Below are positions 8,579-17,849 of a stretch of 24,191 bases of DNA, in pieces. This stretch comes from an archaeon (GTDB taxonomy: Archaea > Hydrothermarchaeota > Hydrothermarchaeia > Hydrothermarchaeales > Hydrothermarchaeaceae). Numbering within the stretch: position 1 is the first letter of the stretch; every line of letters begins with the position of its first letter. The DNA is taken from contig JAHJSX010000120.1 in the NCBI GenBank assembly GCA_018830205.1, forward strand, positions 1 through 24,191, written 5' to 3'. The notes below the pieces were generated by a model. It ran no database searches. It was not told the DNA's origin and saw only the letters and a list, made by a program, of their open reading frames with translations. The position numbers and the translations under genes were made by a program.

Positions 8579-9829
8579 ATGCGCCTGATTGTAACCTCCC
8601 AAAAAGACATCGCCGGCTCAAACATCTACGAGATGCTGGCCTGCGATTTCGGCTTTAAAGAAGACGGGGATTTTGAGGGGAAGCCTGTTTACAAAAAAGG
8701 TGACATCTGGCTCATCGCAACAGGGCGCGGGCAGGTGGAGGCAGAGCATCTCGATGAGTTTTTTAATCCTGATTATTACGTGTTTGCATCGCGCCACCGC
8801 AGCGAGTCAGGGGAGCGGACGCTTACCGTGCATGTAACTGGCAATCTTACTGAAAAAGCAGAGGTTGGTGGTAAGCCAAAGGAGCTCGCATACGCGAACC
8901 CGGATGCCATGAAAGTTGCGCTCTTGGAGCTTGAAAAGGGAAGAGAGGAAAAAAATCTCGACTACAAGGTCTCGATGGAGGCAACACACCACGGGCCGAC
9001 AGGCCTTAAAAAGCCAGTGCTTTTCGTTGAGGTCGGTAGTACAGAGGATGAGTGGCGGGATGAAAATGCGGTTGAGGTGGTTGCAAGAGCTGCACTTGCG
9101 GCTGCCGAGAACAAAGAAGAATTCACGCGTGCTATCGGCATCGGGGGGAATCACTATGCGCCCGTGCACACAAAGGCGGTGCTTGGCACTGATATCTCCA
9201 TCGGCCATATAATTCCGATATATGCAGTAAGCGAAATAGGGTTAAAAGAATTTAAAAAGGCATCTGAAAAGACCGGGGCCGAGTTCGGGTTCCTCGACTG
9301 GAAGGGTATGCGAAAGGAGCACAAGGACAGAGTGAGGGGGTTTGCAGAGGAGCTTGGCCTTCCGCTAAAGCGCGGGAAGGATATAATGGGGGCCTCAAAG
9401 CTGCCTGAATTTGAAATCGAAGAGGAGTTCTTCAATGAGGCCGTTAAAGCGAACAGAAAAATCATTTCTGATGCCATAGAAAAACACGGGGGCGTCCCAA
9501 AGTCCAATAAAGATGGAAGCATGTCTAATAAAATTTCATCAAAAATGGACATTCGAAAGGCTGTAATTTCGGCCTGCATCAAGGCGCTTTTACAAAAATA
9601 TGATTTGAAATTTGATGGAAATCTGGTCCTAAAAGAAGAAAAGATTGACATGAAAAAGATAGAATTACTCGGCATAAAACCTGGGCCGATTCTTGGAAAA
9701 ATCGCGCATGGTCAAAGTGTAGAAGTAAACGGTGTTGCCATTACCAAGGACATGATTGCATCTGAAGAAACAAGAGTCATAGAAATAAAAGAAAACCTCA
9801 CAAAAGACATTTTAGAGACCATGTTGTAA
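8579..9829 (+). CDS. dtdA: Archaeal D-aminoacyl-tRNA deacylase (DTD2/GEK1) with a C-terminal extension of about 145 aa
   Basis: FASRHRS, LTVHVTGN, EATHHGP, FVEVGS, IGGNHYAP, GHIIP, DWKG. Confidence 0.92.
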   Translation: MRLIVTSQKDIAGSNIYEMLACDFGFKEDGDFEGKPVYKKGDIWLIATGRGQVEAEHLDEFFNPDYYVFASRHRSESGERTLTVHVTGNLTEKAEVGGKPKELAYANPDAMKVALLELEKGREEKNLDYKVSMEATHHGPTGLKKPVLFVEVGSTEDEWRDENAVEVVARAALAAAENKEEFTRAIGIGGNHYAPVHTKAVLGTDISIGHIIPIYAVSEIGLKEFKKASEKTGAEFGFLDWKGMRKEHKDRVRGFAEELGLPLKRGKDIMGASKLPEFEIEEEFFNEAVKANRKIISDAIEKHGGVPKSNKDGSMSNKISSKMDIRKAVISACIKALLQKYDLKFDGNLVLKEEKIDMKKIELLGIKPGPILGKIAHGQSVEVNGVAITKDMIASEETRVIEIKENLTKDILETML

Positions 9830-9855
9830 TTGTCATTATTTTTAATAAAGTTATA

Positions 9856-9870
9856 GTAAACTTTATAAAC
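9856..9870 (+). promoter_or_regulatory. BRE/TATA promoter (TTTATAAA at 9862-9869) of the atpF-A-B-D operon
   Basis: Strong TATA consensus in an AT-rich intergenic region. Predicted TSS about 9890-9893, just before ATG 9894. Confidence 0.6.
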
Positions 9871-9893
9871 CTAACAAATAGATGTCAGTGGAT

Positions 9894-10208
9894 ATGGAGA
9901 TAGGTGTGGTTGGAGATTTTGACACTGTGACAGGTTTCAGGCTGGCAGGCGTCAAGGAGGCTTACGAAGCGGTGGAACCGGGGGCGGCAGTGAAAAATCT
10001 AAAGAAACTAATGAAAGAAGACGTGGGGCTTATAATTATTACAGAAAGGCTCGCTGACCAGATTCGAGATGAGCTGGATGCATTAACAGCGGGCAAGGCA
10101 CTTCCGTTAATAGTGGAAATTCAGGACAAGGGCGGACCTATTGAAGGAAAGATTGACCCTATTATGGCGCTCATCAAAAAGGCTGTTGGCGTCGATATTA
10201 AATTCTAA
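9894..10208 (+). CDS. atpF: A/V-type ATP synthase subunit F
   Basis: MEIGVVGDFDTVTGFRLAGV, GLIIITERLA, PLIVEI, IKKAVG. ATG 9882 is an alternative start. Confidence 0.95.
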   Translation: MEIGVVGDFDTVTGFRLAGVKEAYEAVEPGAAVKNLKKLMKEDVGLIIITERLADQIRDELDALTAGKALPLIVEIQDKGGPIEGKIDPIMALIKKAVGVDIKF

Positions 10209-10220
10209 TAAATTCTAATA
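10201..10220. repeat. Perfect tandem 10-bp duplication (AAATTCTAAT)x2 spanning the atpF stop
   Basis: Read directly at 10201-10210 and 10211-10220. Confidence 0.8.
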
Positions 10221-10252
10221 AGAGGTAGAGGAGAAACACGAGAGGTGAAAAG

Positions 10253-12031
10253 ATGGCAAAGGGAAAGATAGTAAAAGTAGCTGGTCCTGTCATTGTTGCA
10301 AAAGGAATGCGGGGCGCGCAGATGTACGAGGTTGTAAGGGTTGGAGAGGAAAACCTCATTGGAGAGGTCATAGAACTCGAGGGGGATGAAGCGACTATCC
10401 AGGTGTACGAGGAAACTGCAGGTATTGCCCCTGGAGCACCTGTGATAAGTACGGGTACGTCGCTTACTGTCGAACTTGGGCCCGGCATCATGAAGACTAT
10501 TTATGACGGAATCCAGAGGCCCCTTGAAGTCGTCAAGGCCAAGACGGGCACCTATATTGAACGGGGTGTTGAAGTCCCATCGATTGACAGAAAGAAAAAA
10601 TGGAAATTTACGCCAATTGCGAAAAAGGGCGACAAGGTTGTAGCAGGAGACTTTCTTGGTGAGGTGCCTGAAACAGAAGTCGTCATGCACAAAATCATGG
10701 TCCCTCCTGATGTGGAAGGAGTGGCAGAGGTTATAGAGATAATTGGTGCTGGAAACTACACGGTTGAGGAAAAAATTGCAGTGCTCAAGACACAAGCCGG
10801 CGAAAAAGAGTTGCAGATGATGCATAAGTGGCCGGTGAGGATTGGCAGGCCCTACAAAGAGAAGCATGCCCCGAACATCCCACTAATCACGGGCCAGAGG
10901 ATTCTTGACACATTTTTCCCTGTTGCAAAAGGCGGCACGGCCGCTATTCCTGGGCCATTTGGTGCTGGAAAGACTGTTACACAACAGCAGCTTGCAAAAT
11001 GGTGCGACGCAGAGATTATCGTTTATGTCGGCTGCGGCGAGCGCGGAAACGAAATGACTGAAGTGCTTGAGGAGTTCCCTGAGCTGACTGACCCAAAAAG
11101 CGGAAAGCCCTTGATGGAGCGGACGACAATGATTGCAAACACCTCAAACATGCCGGTGGCTGCGCGAGACGCAAGTGTTTATACAGGCATCACATTGGGT
11201 GAATATTACAGAGACATGGGATACAGTGTAGCGCTCATGGCCGACTCCACGTCTAGGTGGGCAGAGGCTATGAGAGAAATCTCAGGGCGTCTCGAAGAGA
11301 TGCCTGGGGAAGAAGGATACCCCGCATATCTTGCATCAAGGCTTGCAGACTTCTACGAGCGTGCAGGCAGAGTGCAGACGAATGGCAGCGATGAAAGGTA
11401 CGGCTCACTTAGCGTTATCGGTGCGGTATCTCCGCCTGGCGGCGACTTCTCAGAACCTGTCACCCAGAATACACTGCGTATTACCAAAGTGTTCTGGGCG
11501 CTTGACGCAAAACTTGCAGACAGGAGGCACTTCCCTGCCATCAACTGGCTTACCAGCTACTCACTTTATCTCGACAACATTGAGGGCTGGTGGAGCGAAG
11601 AGGTCTCACCTGAGTGGAAGGACCTAAGGATAAAGGCTATGGCGCTGCTCCAGAAAGAGTCAGAGCTTCAGGAAATCGTCCAACTGGTCGGTGCAGATGC
11701 ACTGCCAGAAGGCGACAGGGTCAGGCTTGAGGGTGCAAGGGTAATAAGAGAAGACTTCCTGCAGCAGTTCGCATATGACGAAGTCGACTCGTACTGCAGC
11801 CCAAATAAGCAGTTCGAAATGCTGAAAGTATGTCTTGGCTTTTATGACAAGTGCCTTGAGGCGCTGGAAAAAGGTCTGCCTGCAAATGAAATCGTAGAGA
11901 TACAGGTAAAAGACGATATTGCCAGGCTGAAGTTCGTGCCGGATGACAAACTAGACGCAAAGCTAAAGGAAATAAACAAGAAAATCGATGACCAGTTGAA
12001 GGCTCTTTTAGATAAGCGAGAGGTGAATTAA
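10253..12031 (+). CDS. atpA: A/V-type ATP synthase subunit A (no intein)
   Basis: Walker [52 protein letters not shown]. Confidence 0.98.
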   Translation: MAKGKIVKVAGPVIVAKGMRGAQMYEVVRVGEENLIGEVIELEGDEATIQVYEETAGIAPGAPVISTGTSLTVELGPGIMKTIYDGIQRPLEVVKAKTGTYIERGVEVPSIDRKKKWKFTPIAKKGDKVVAGDFLGEVPETEVVMHKIMVPPDVEGVAEVIEIIGAGNYTVEEKIAVLKTQAGEKELQMMHKWPVRIGRPYKEKHAPNIPLITGQRILDTFFPVAKGGTAAIPGPFGAGKTVTQQQLAKWCDAEIIVYVGCGERGNEMTEVLEEFPELTDPKSGKPLMERTTMIANTSNMPVAARDASVYTGITLGEYYRDMGYSVALMADSTSRWAEAMREISGRLEEMPGEEGYPAYLASRLADFYERAGRVQTNGSDERYGSLSVIGAVSPPGGDFSEPVTQNTLRITKVFWALDAKLADRRHFPAINWLTSYSLYLDNIEGWWSEEVSPEWKDLRIKAMALLQKESELQEIVQLVGADALPEGDRVRLEGARVIREDFLQQFAYDEVDSYCSPNKQFEMLKVCLGFYDKCLEALEKGLPANEIVEIQVKDDIARLKFVPDDKLDAKLKEINKKIDDQLKALLDKREVN

Positions 12032-12032
12032 A

Positions 12033-13418
12033 ATGGTTTCCGTTAAAGAGTACACGTCAGTGACAGAGGTTGCAGGACCTTTGATGATTGTAGAAGGGGT
12101 AGAAGGCGTGGGTTATGGGGAGGTCGTAGACATAACAATCCCCTCTGGCGAAAAGCGAAGAGGACAGGTGCTTGAATCCGCAGAGGGAAGAGCCGTCGTA
12201 CAGGTCTTTGAAGGGACACGAGGTATTGACACAAAGGGAACGAAAGTAAGGTTCACTGGAGAGACTATGAAGATTGGGGTGTCAAGCGAGATGCTTGGAA
12301 GGATATTTGACGGTACAGGGAGGCCAATCGACAAGGGGCCAGAGATTATCGCAGAAGAATACCGCGACATACACGGGAACCCAATGAACCCGACAGCACG
12401 AGAATTCCCAAGGGCGTTTATCCAGACAGGTATTTCAACTATAGACTGCATGAATACCCTCGTTAGAGGGCAAAAACTCCCAATCTTCTCTGGTGCCGGA
12501 CTGCCGCACAACGAGCTTGCTGCACAGATTGCAAGGCAGGCAAAGGTTCTAGGGGAAGCAGAGGAGTTCGCTGTCGTGTTTGCTGCAATGGGCATCACAT
12601 TTGAAGAAGCGTCGTATTTCATGAAAGATTTCGAGAGGACGGGAGCACTTGAAAGGGTGGTCGCGTTTATTAACCTTGCAGACGACCCAGCAATCGAGAG
12701 GATTATCACCCCGAGAATGGCGCTTACAACTGCTGAATACCTCGCTTATGAGAAAGGCATGCAGATTCTTGTTATAACAACCGATTTGACGAACTACTGC
12801 GAAGCCCTGCGAGAGATAGCTGCAGCAAGAAGCGAAGTTCCTGGAAGAAGGGGTTATCCCGGGTACATGTATACTGACCTTGCGACAATGTATGAAAGAG
12901 CAGGCAGAGTTATCGGCAACAAGGGCTCAATTACACAGGTGCCAATTCTTACCATGCCTGACGACGACATTACCCATCCCATTCCTGACCTTACAGGTTA
13001 TATTACTGAAGGCCAGTTTGTGCTCTCAAGGGAAATCCACAGAAAGGGTATCGCCCCGCCTGTGGACGTGCTGCCGTCTCTTTCAAGGCTTATGAAGGGC
13101 GGTATTGGTGAGGGCATGACAAGGGAAGACCATGCAAACGTTTCTGACCAGCTTTATTCAGCATACGCTGAAGGCAGGGATTTAAGAGACCTTGTAGCGG
13201 TGGTCGGTGAGGAGGCCCTGACTGAAAAAGACAGAAAATTCCTTGAATTCTCTGACAGATTCGAGAAAGAGTTCGTGAACCAGGGCAGTGACGAAGACCG
13301 CACAATTGAGCAGACGCTTACACTTGGCTGGGAACTTCTTAGCATCCTGCCTGAGCGAGAACTCAAGAGGATAAAAGACGAATTTATCGAAAAATATCAC
13401 CCGGCCCATAAAAAGTAA
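12033..13418 (+). CDS. atpB: A/V-type ATP synthase subunit B
   Basis: [52 protein letters not shown]. Confidence 0.98.
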   Translation: MVSVKEYTSVTEVAGPLMIVEGVEGVGYGEVVDITIPSGEKRRGQVLESAEGRAVVQVFEGTRGIDTKGTKVRFTGETMKIGVSSEMLGRIFDGTGRPIDKGPEIIAEEYRDIHGNPMNPTAREFPRAFIQTGISTIDCMNTLVRGQKLPIFSGAGLPHNELAAQIARQAKVLGEAEEFAVVFAAMGITFEEASYFMKDFERTGALERVVAFINLADDPAIERIITPRMALTTAEYLAYEKGMQILVITTDLTNYCEALREIAAARSEVPGRRGYPGYMYTDLATMYERAGRVIGNKGSITQVPILTMPDDDITHPIPDLTGYITEGQFVLSREIHRKGIAPPVDVLPSLSRLMKGGIGEGMTREDHANVSDQLYSAYAEGRDLRDLVAVVGEEALTEKDRKFLEFSDRFEKEFVNQGSDEDRTIEQTLTLGWELLSILPERELKRIKDEFIEKYHPAHKK

Positions 13419-13433
13419 CATGGGGACATCCAA

Positions 13434-14072
13434 ATGGCAGAAAAGATTGAGGGCGTCAAACCCACACGAATGGAGCTACTCCGGCTGAAGCGCAAGACAA
13501 AGCTTGCAGTTAAGGGGCACCGCCTCCTGAAGCAGAAGCGAGACGCCTTGATAATGGAGTTCTTCAATATTCTTGAGGAGGCAAAGGGAGTCAGAAAGGA
13601 GGCGAATGAATCTCTAATCAAGGCCTTTGAGTCCATTATTCTGGCACGCGGAACTTTGGGTACAATGACAGTCACGCAGGCTTCAATGGCCACAGGCGAT
13701 GTCGCCCCTCTTGAAACACAAACCAAGAGCATTATGGGAGTAAAAGTGCCTACCCTGAAACTCGAAGAATCACAAAGAGATGCTTCCAACAGAGGCTACA
13801 GCCTAATAGACACATCCTCAAAACTTGACGAAGCGGCAGAACAGTTCGAGAAGGCTCTCGCCGTTGTTGTACAGCTCGCTGAGGTTGAAAAGACAATCCG
13901 GCTCCTGGCAGCGGAGATAGAAAGCACAAAACGAAGAGTAAATGCACTCGAGAACATTGTAATACCGAGGCTGACAGGCACTGTAAAATACATAAAGATG
14001 CGCCTCGATGAAATGGAGCGCGAGAACTTCTTCAAGCTGAAGAGGATAAAAGCAGCAATCGACGAAGGATAG
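13434..14072 (+). CDS. atpD: A/V-type ATP synthase subunit D
   Basis: KPTRMELLRLK, GHRLLKQKRDAL, TKRRVNALE, IKMRLDEMERENF. Confidence 0.97.
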   Translation: MAEKIEGVKPTRMELLRLKRKTKLAVKGHRLLKQKRDALIMEFFNILEEAKGVRKEANESLIKAFESIILARGTLGTMTVTQASMATGDVAPLETQTKSIMGVKVPTLKLEESQRDASNRGYSLIDTSSKLDEAAEQFEKALAVVVQLAEVEKTIRLLAAEIESTKRRVNALENIVIPRLTGTVKYIKMRLDEMERENFFKLKRIKAAIDEG

Positions 14073-14075
14073 GGA

Positions 14076-14498
14076 TTAGCAGCACTTCCCTTTGGGGATG
14101 CTGTTTCCGTGCGGGCAAATTCTTGGATGGTTTAGTTTAGTGCAAACTGCGTCCGCCATTTCATCGGTTATGTGGTGTTCTATTGCGCATACCATCCCTT
14201 CATGGAGTCCGTCGTCTATATCAACGCTTAAAATCTCTGTCAAGAGAAGCTCTGCAATTCGATGATTCCTGATGATGCGTCTTGCAAGCCTCCGTCCTTT
14301 TTTTGTTAGAGCTACCCCTTCTCTTGCTCTGTAGTCCACGAGGCCTTCTTTTTCTATCTTTTTAAGCATCTCAACGGCGCTTGGAGGAGTTACTTTAAGT
14401 TCTCCTGCAACTTCGGATATCTTTGCAACCTTTTTTCCCTTCTCCTCAAGTATGAAAAGGGCCTCAAGGTACTCTTCAACGCTTTCTGTTATCTCCAT
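14076..14498 (-). CDS. DtxR/MntR-family metal-dependent repressor (intact wHTH, no FeoA domain)
   Basis: EEYLEAL, VTPPSAVEMLKK, LTKKG, RNHRIAE, CAIEH, CPHGNSIP. ATG 14498 has GGAGG 7 nt upstream. Confidence 0.92.
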   Translation of the reverse strand: MEITESVEEYLEALFILEEKGKKVAKISEVAGELKVTPPSAVEMLKKIEKEGLVDYRAREGVALTKKGRRLARRIIRNHRIAELLLTEILSVDIDDGLHEGMVCAIEHHITDEMADAVCTKLNHPRICPHGNSIPKGKCC

Positions 14499-15153
14499 TC
14501 TCTGCCCTCCGTACATAGATCTCTTTTGCGATGTCCTCGTCAATCGCAAGGTCGGTCTCGCCAATTTTGATGATGAATGAAGGTGTTTTCTGGTGCAGTT
14601 TTATTGTACTTCCCGGGACTACACCGAAGGTTGTCAACTTGTCAAGTCTTTTATGCTCCTTTGGTGCGATGAACACGATTCTCCCGTCCTCGCCCGGACT
14701 TAGCTCGGTAAGGGGTAAGACAAGAGGTTTCATTTCCTTTTTGAACCGCTGGCAGCATTCTCCTCTTGGAATCGGATTCCCATGATTGCAGACAGGCGGA
14801 TGTCCAAGAAACGTGCACACGCTCTCTGTTACGTCGGGGCCCAGTATGTGCTCGAACTTGCATGCCTCGGCGTGTACGGCTTCGTCGCTTAGTTCAAATA
14901 TCTGTGACAGGAGGACTTCTGCAAGCCGGTGCCGCCTTATGATGTCCCTAGCCATGGCGTCGCCTTTTTTTGTGAGCGAAATCTTGTCCCCCTTTATCTC
15001 AACAAGTGCAGCGTTTTCCATTTCCTCTATGATTCGCTCTGGGTTTTCCTGCTCGGAAATCCTTAACGCCTCGCCAAGGGAATCAACGTTTCTCTCCTTG
15101 AGTGTCCACAAAAGCTCCAATAACTCATCTATGTCATGTTCATGAATTGTCAT
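14476..15153 (-). CDS. DtxR-family protein with C-terminal FeoA domain and degenerate HTH
   Basis: LTKKG, RRHRLAE, ACKFEH, CNHGNPIP, and FeoA-like LTELSPGEDGRI...RLDKLTTFGVVPG. ATGA overlap with the feoB stop. Confidence 0.88.
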   Translation of the reverse strand: MTIHEHDIDELLELLWTLKERNVDSLGEALRISEQENPERIIEEMENAALVEIKGDKISLTKKGDAMARDIIRRHRLAEVLLSQIFELSDEAVHAEACKFEHILGPDVTESVCTFLGHPPVCNHGNPIPRGECCQRFKKEMKPLVLPLTELSPGEDGRIVFIAPKEHKRLDKLTTFGVVPGSTIKLHQKTPSFIIKIGETDLAIDEDIAKEIYVRRAENGDNRKR

Positions 15154-17111
15154 AGCATCACCTCAAAATAGCGTAGTATAAAATTTAAAATGCCTCCGAC
15201 TATGAAGGCCGTCGGGAAAATAAATGCAACCATGCCGGCTGCAGTCTTCCATCCCCTTTCTTTTATTATGATGAACAGGTTCGCGATGCAGGGCATGAAA
15301 AGCGTTATCGTGACCATGCTTACAACAATCTGAGTTGTATCCATTAGGCCCGCGCTTGCGAGGGCAAAAAGGCCTGCTGCGCCGTAGTCTCGCCTCAAAA
15401 ATCCGATTAAAAACGCGCCTGTGGCCTGCGCTGGAAGTCCGAGCACCCCTACAATCAAGGGCGATGCTGCTATCTCTATTCCTCCCAAAATCCCTGTGAT
15501 GTCAAGGGTAAAAAGGACAATCGTTCCCAAAATAAAAAGCGGCACCGCCTCCTTGAGGTACCACTCGACCCTTGTTGCAGTCTTTATGAGGATGTTTGAG
15601 AGCTTTGGCACCCTGATGGGTGGAAGCTCCATAATGAAGTCATAGCTTCCTCCAGGTATTACCTTCGAGGCGAGGAAGCCCACAACGAATAGTGTTGTCA
15701 CAACCGAACCTGCCCATACGGCAAGTGCCGCCCCAGATAGCCCTCCCAGGAGGCCAAGTATGACACCAAGCTGCGCCGAGCACGGCACCCCAAGCGCCAG
15801 AAGGAGTGTTACTATAATCCTCTCCTTTTTGGTTTCAAGGGTTCTTGCGGTAAGTGTTGCCATAGTAACGCATCCAAGCCCGAGTATCATCGGAAGCACT
15901 GCCTTTCCGTTTAGGCCGAGTATTTTAAAAATCCTGTTTACCATGACAGCAAGTCGCGGCAGGTAGCCGGAATCTTCCAATATTCCGAAAGCAATGAAAA
16001 AAGTGCCGACTATCGGCAAAATGATTGCAACAGAATATGTCAAGGCCATTGTTATTATGCCATAATCCCCTATGAGAAAATCTTGGGCCAGCTTGCTTGG
16101 TATCAACCTCTCGATGATGCCAGTAGATGTGGGATTGATGTACTCATTAAATATCACGCCCTCAAAGAAGTCCACAAGCGTCCCGGCGCCAAATACACCT
16201 ACAAACCAGTAAACAAGAAGGAGAACTGCCATGAGAATCGGAATCCCCTTGATGGGGTGTACTGCCAGTCTTCCAAATGACTCTAAAATCGAGCCGGCCT
16301 TCTTTTCTTCCCTGGATTCAGTTTGTTTTACAATTCTATGGACTTCCTCAAGCCTTCTTTTGGTTATTACGTAATTAAGGGGCTGTGAATAACTTGCCTG
16401 GGCCCTGTCGCGTATTTGTTCAATCTTCTTTATGGCCTCCGCGTCAAGCGAGGCTAGCCAGGGCTTTAGACTTTCATCACCTGAAAGAAGCATTAGCGCC
16501 ATGCTCCTTTTCCCTATCCTTGCTTCAGGTATTAGCTCTGCAATTTTTTTTGCCCCCTCTTCTATCTCAGGGGAATACCTGAAAGAAAAATGACTCTTTT
16601 TTGTTTTTGTTGTGCTTTTGACAAGCTTTGAAATCCCTTTCCTGCTCGTCGCAACCGTTTCAACTACGCGAACACCAAGAATATCCCCGAGACGCTTGGA
16701 ATCCACGTACATTCCCCTGCTCCTTGCCTCATCCCCCATGTTGAGGTCAATGAGAAAAGGTAGGCCCATTTCGCAAAGCTGGAGCGTTATCAAAAGCCCG
16801 CGACGGAGGTTTTTAGCGTCAATTACCTGCACAAGCCCGTCAAGGTCTTCATTTAACAGGATGTCGCGCGTGACCCGCTCATCCTCTGACATCGGAATGA
16901 GGTTGTTTACGCCTGGCGTATCGATTATACCGAGCTCCTTGTCAAAATTTGCATGTCCCGTTGTAACCTCGACCGTCGTGCCTGGGTAATTCGATACCAT
17001 GACATACTTGCCAGTTAAAAGGCCGAATATCACGCTTTTCCCAACGTTTGGATTTCCTAAAATTGCAATCTTTTTATCGGTCCTCAGTACCTCTTTTTCA
17101 TGGTTGTGCAT
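15150..17111 (-). CDS. feoB: Ferrous iron transporter FeoB
   Basis: G1 GNPNVGKS, NYPGTTVE, DTPG, NMGD, LEDSGYLPR, GLGC, PCSAQ, FIMELP, multiple TM segments. Confidence 0.97.
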   Translation of the reverse strand: MHNHEKEVLRTDKKIAILGNPNVGKSVIFGLLTGKYVMVSNYPGTTVEVTTGHANFDKELGIIDTPGVNNLIPMSEDERVTRDILLNEDLDGLVQVIDAKNLRRGLLITLQLCEMGLPFLIDLNMGDEARSRGMYVDSKRLGDILGVRVVETVATSRKGISKLVKSTTKTKKSHFSFRYSPEIEEGAKKIAELIPEARIGKRSMALMLLSGDESLKPWLASLDAEAIKKIEQIRDRAQASYSQPLNYVITKRRLEEVHRIVKQTESREEKKAGSILESFGRLAVHPIKGIPILMAVLLLVYWFVGVFGAGTLVDFFEGVIFNEYINPTSTGIIERLIPSKLAQDFLIGDYGIITMALTYSVAIILPIVGTFFIAFGILEDSGYLPRLAVMVNRIFKILGLNGKAVLPMILGLGCVTMATLTARTLETKKERIIVTLLLALGVPCSAQLGVILGLLGGLSGAALAVWAGSVVTTLFVVGFLASKVIPGGSYDFIMELPPIRVPKLSNILIKTATRVEWYLKEAVPLFILGTIVLFTLDITGILGGIEIAASPLIVGVLGLPAQATGAFLIGFLRRDYGAAGLFALASAGLMDTTQIVVSMVTITLFMPCIANLFIIIKERGWKTAAGMVAFIFPTAFIVGGILNFILRYFEVML

Positions 17112-17129
17112 CAGGATTCCTCACATAAC

Positions 17130-17157
17130 TTAGGCTGACCTAATTAGGCCGGCCTAA
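17130..17157. promoter_or_regulatory. Two tandem DtxR/SirR-type operators: TTAGGCTGACCTAA (17130-17143) and TTAGGCCGGCCTAA (17144-17157)
   Basis: Both fit TTAGG-N4-CCTAA and the second is a perfect 14-bp palindrome. They lie upstream of feoB and two DtxR genes. Confidence 0.85.
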
Positions 17158-17158
17158 C

Positions 17159-17168
17159 TATATAAAAA
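17159..17168 (-). promoter_or_regulatory. TATA box (TTTTTATATA) of the feoB-dtxR operon
   Basis: Directly upstream of the operators. SD-like GTGAGG at 17124-17119 precedes ATG 17111. Confidence 0.7.
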
Positions 17169-17191
17169 CTTATTGTAGATGCCGAAAAAGA

Positions 17192-17848
17192 TTAAATAGC
17201 CTTCGAGAGCTCGCCAACAATTCTTTCAAAAAGAAGTTTTCCCTTTTCTTTTGTGGCTTTTGTCGGATGTCCAAAGACGCCGCTTTTTGTTGGCACGAGC
17301 TGGTCATCTTTTAGTTCCACTTCCTCGTCCACAGCTTCCTCCATTTTCACTTTTTCAGAGCACAGGTAAAGCATGAGGGACGTCTCTGCCTCGCATGCAT
17401 GAAACGGTTTGGTCTCAAGTATGTCCGAAACGTCAATGTTTGAAAAATCTAAAAACTCTGTGCGGGTGCCGCTCTCGCCTGCCCCCTGCTTTATTGCATC
17501 AACATGCGCGTTGCTGTAGTGGCCCGAAGTTATATACACTTTTTTAAATCCGCTGTTCTTCATGGCCATTAATATGTCTCTTGTGTATGCCTTCAGTGTT
17601 TCTGGCTCTACCATTGTGGTGCCGGCGTAGGCCTTCGTAGTATTTGAAACACCATACCAGACGACTGGCGCTGCAAGAATCCCTGTTGCATCACTTACGC
17701 CCTCGCAAATGGCCTGTACAATGTCTCCGTCTGTTGAGAGGGGTAGGTGGTATCCATGCTCCTCAACACTGCCAAAAGGCAAAAGAATGTCAGACCTTTT
17801 TCCAAGATACTCCCCCACCTCATTCCAAGAGAGGTCATTAAGGTTCAT
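17192..17848 (-). CDS. Creatininase/creatinine amidohydrolase family protein (possibly ArfB-like deformylase)
   Basis: LPFGSVEEHGYHLPLSTD, TSGHYSN, HACEAETS, SGVFGHP, ATKEKG. Confidence 0.85.
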   Translation of the reverse strand: MNLNDLSWNEVGEYLGKRSDILLPFGSVEEHGYHLPLSTDGDIVQAICEGVSDATGILAAPVVWYGVSNTTKAYAGTTMVEPETLKAYTRDILMAMKNSGFKKVYITSGHYSNAHVDAIKQGAGESGTRTEFLDFSNIDVSDILETKPFHACEAETSLMLYLCSEKVKMEEAVDEEVELKDDQLVPTKSGVFGHPTKATKEKGKLLFERIVGELSKAI

Positions 17849-17849
17849 T

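Noticed and set aside
10205-10867. 220-aa minus-strand ORF, and similar ORFs opposite atpB, feoB, trxB and glk
   Set aside because: Shadows of well-supported genes.
10253-12031. Possible intein in atpA
   Set aside because: The 592-aa length and continuous motifs leave no insertion.
17183-17198. Plus-strand CGAAAAAG-ATTAAATA resembling an antisense BRE/TATA promoter
   Set aside because: Explained more simply as the creatininase stop codon plus a minus-strand oligo-T tract.
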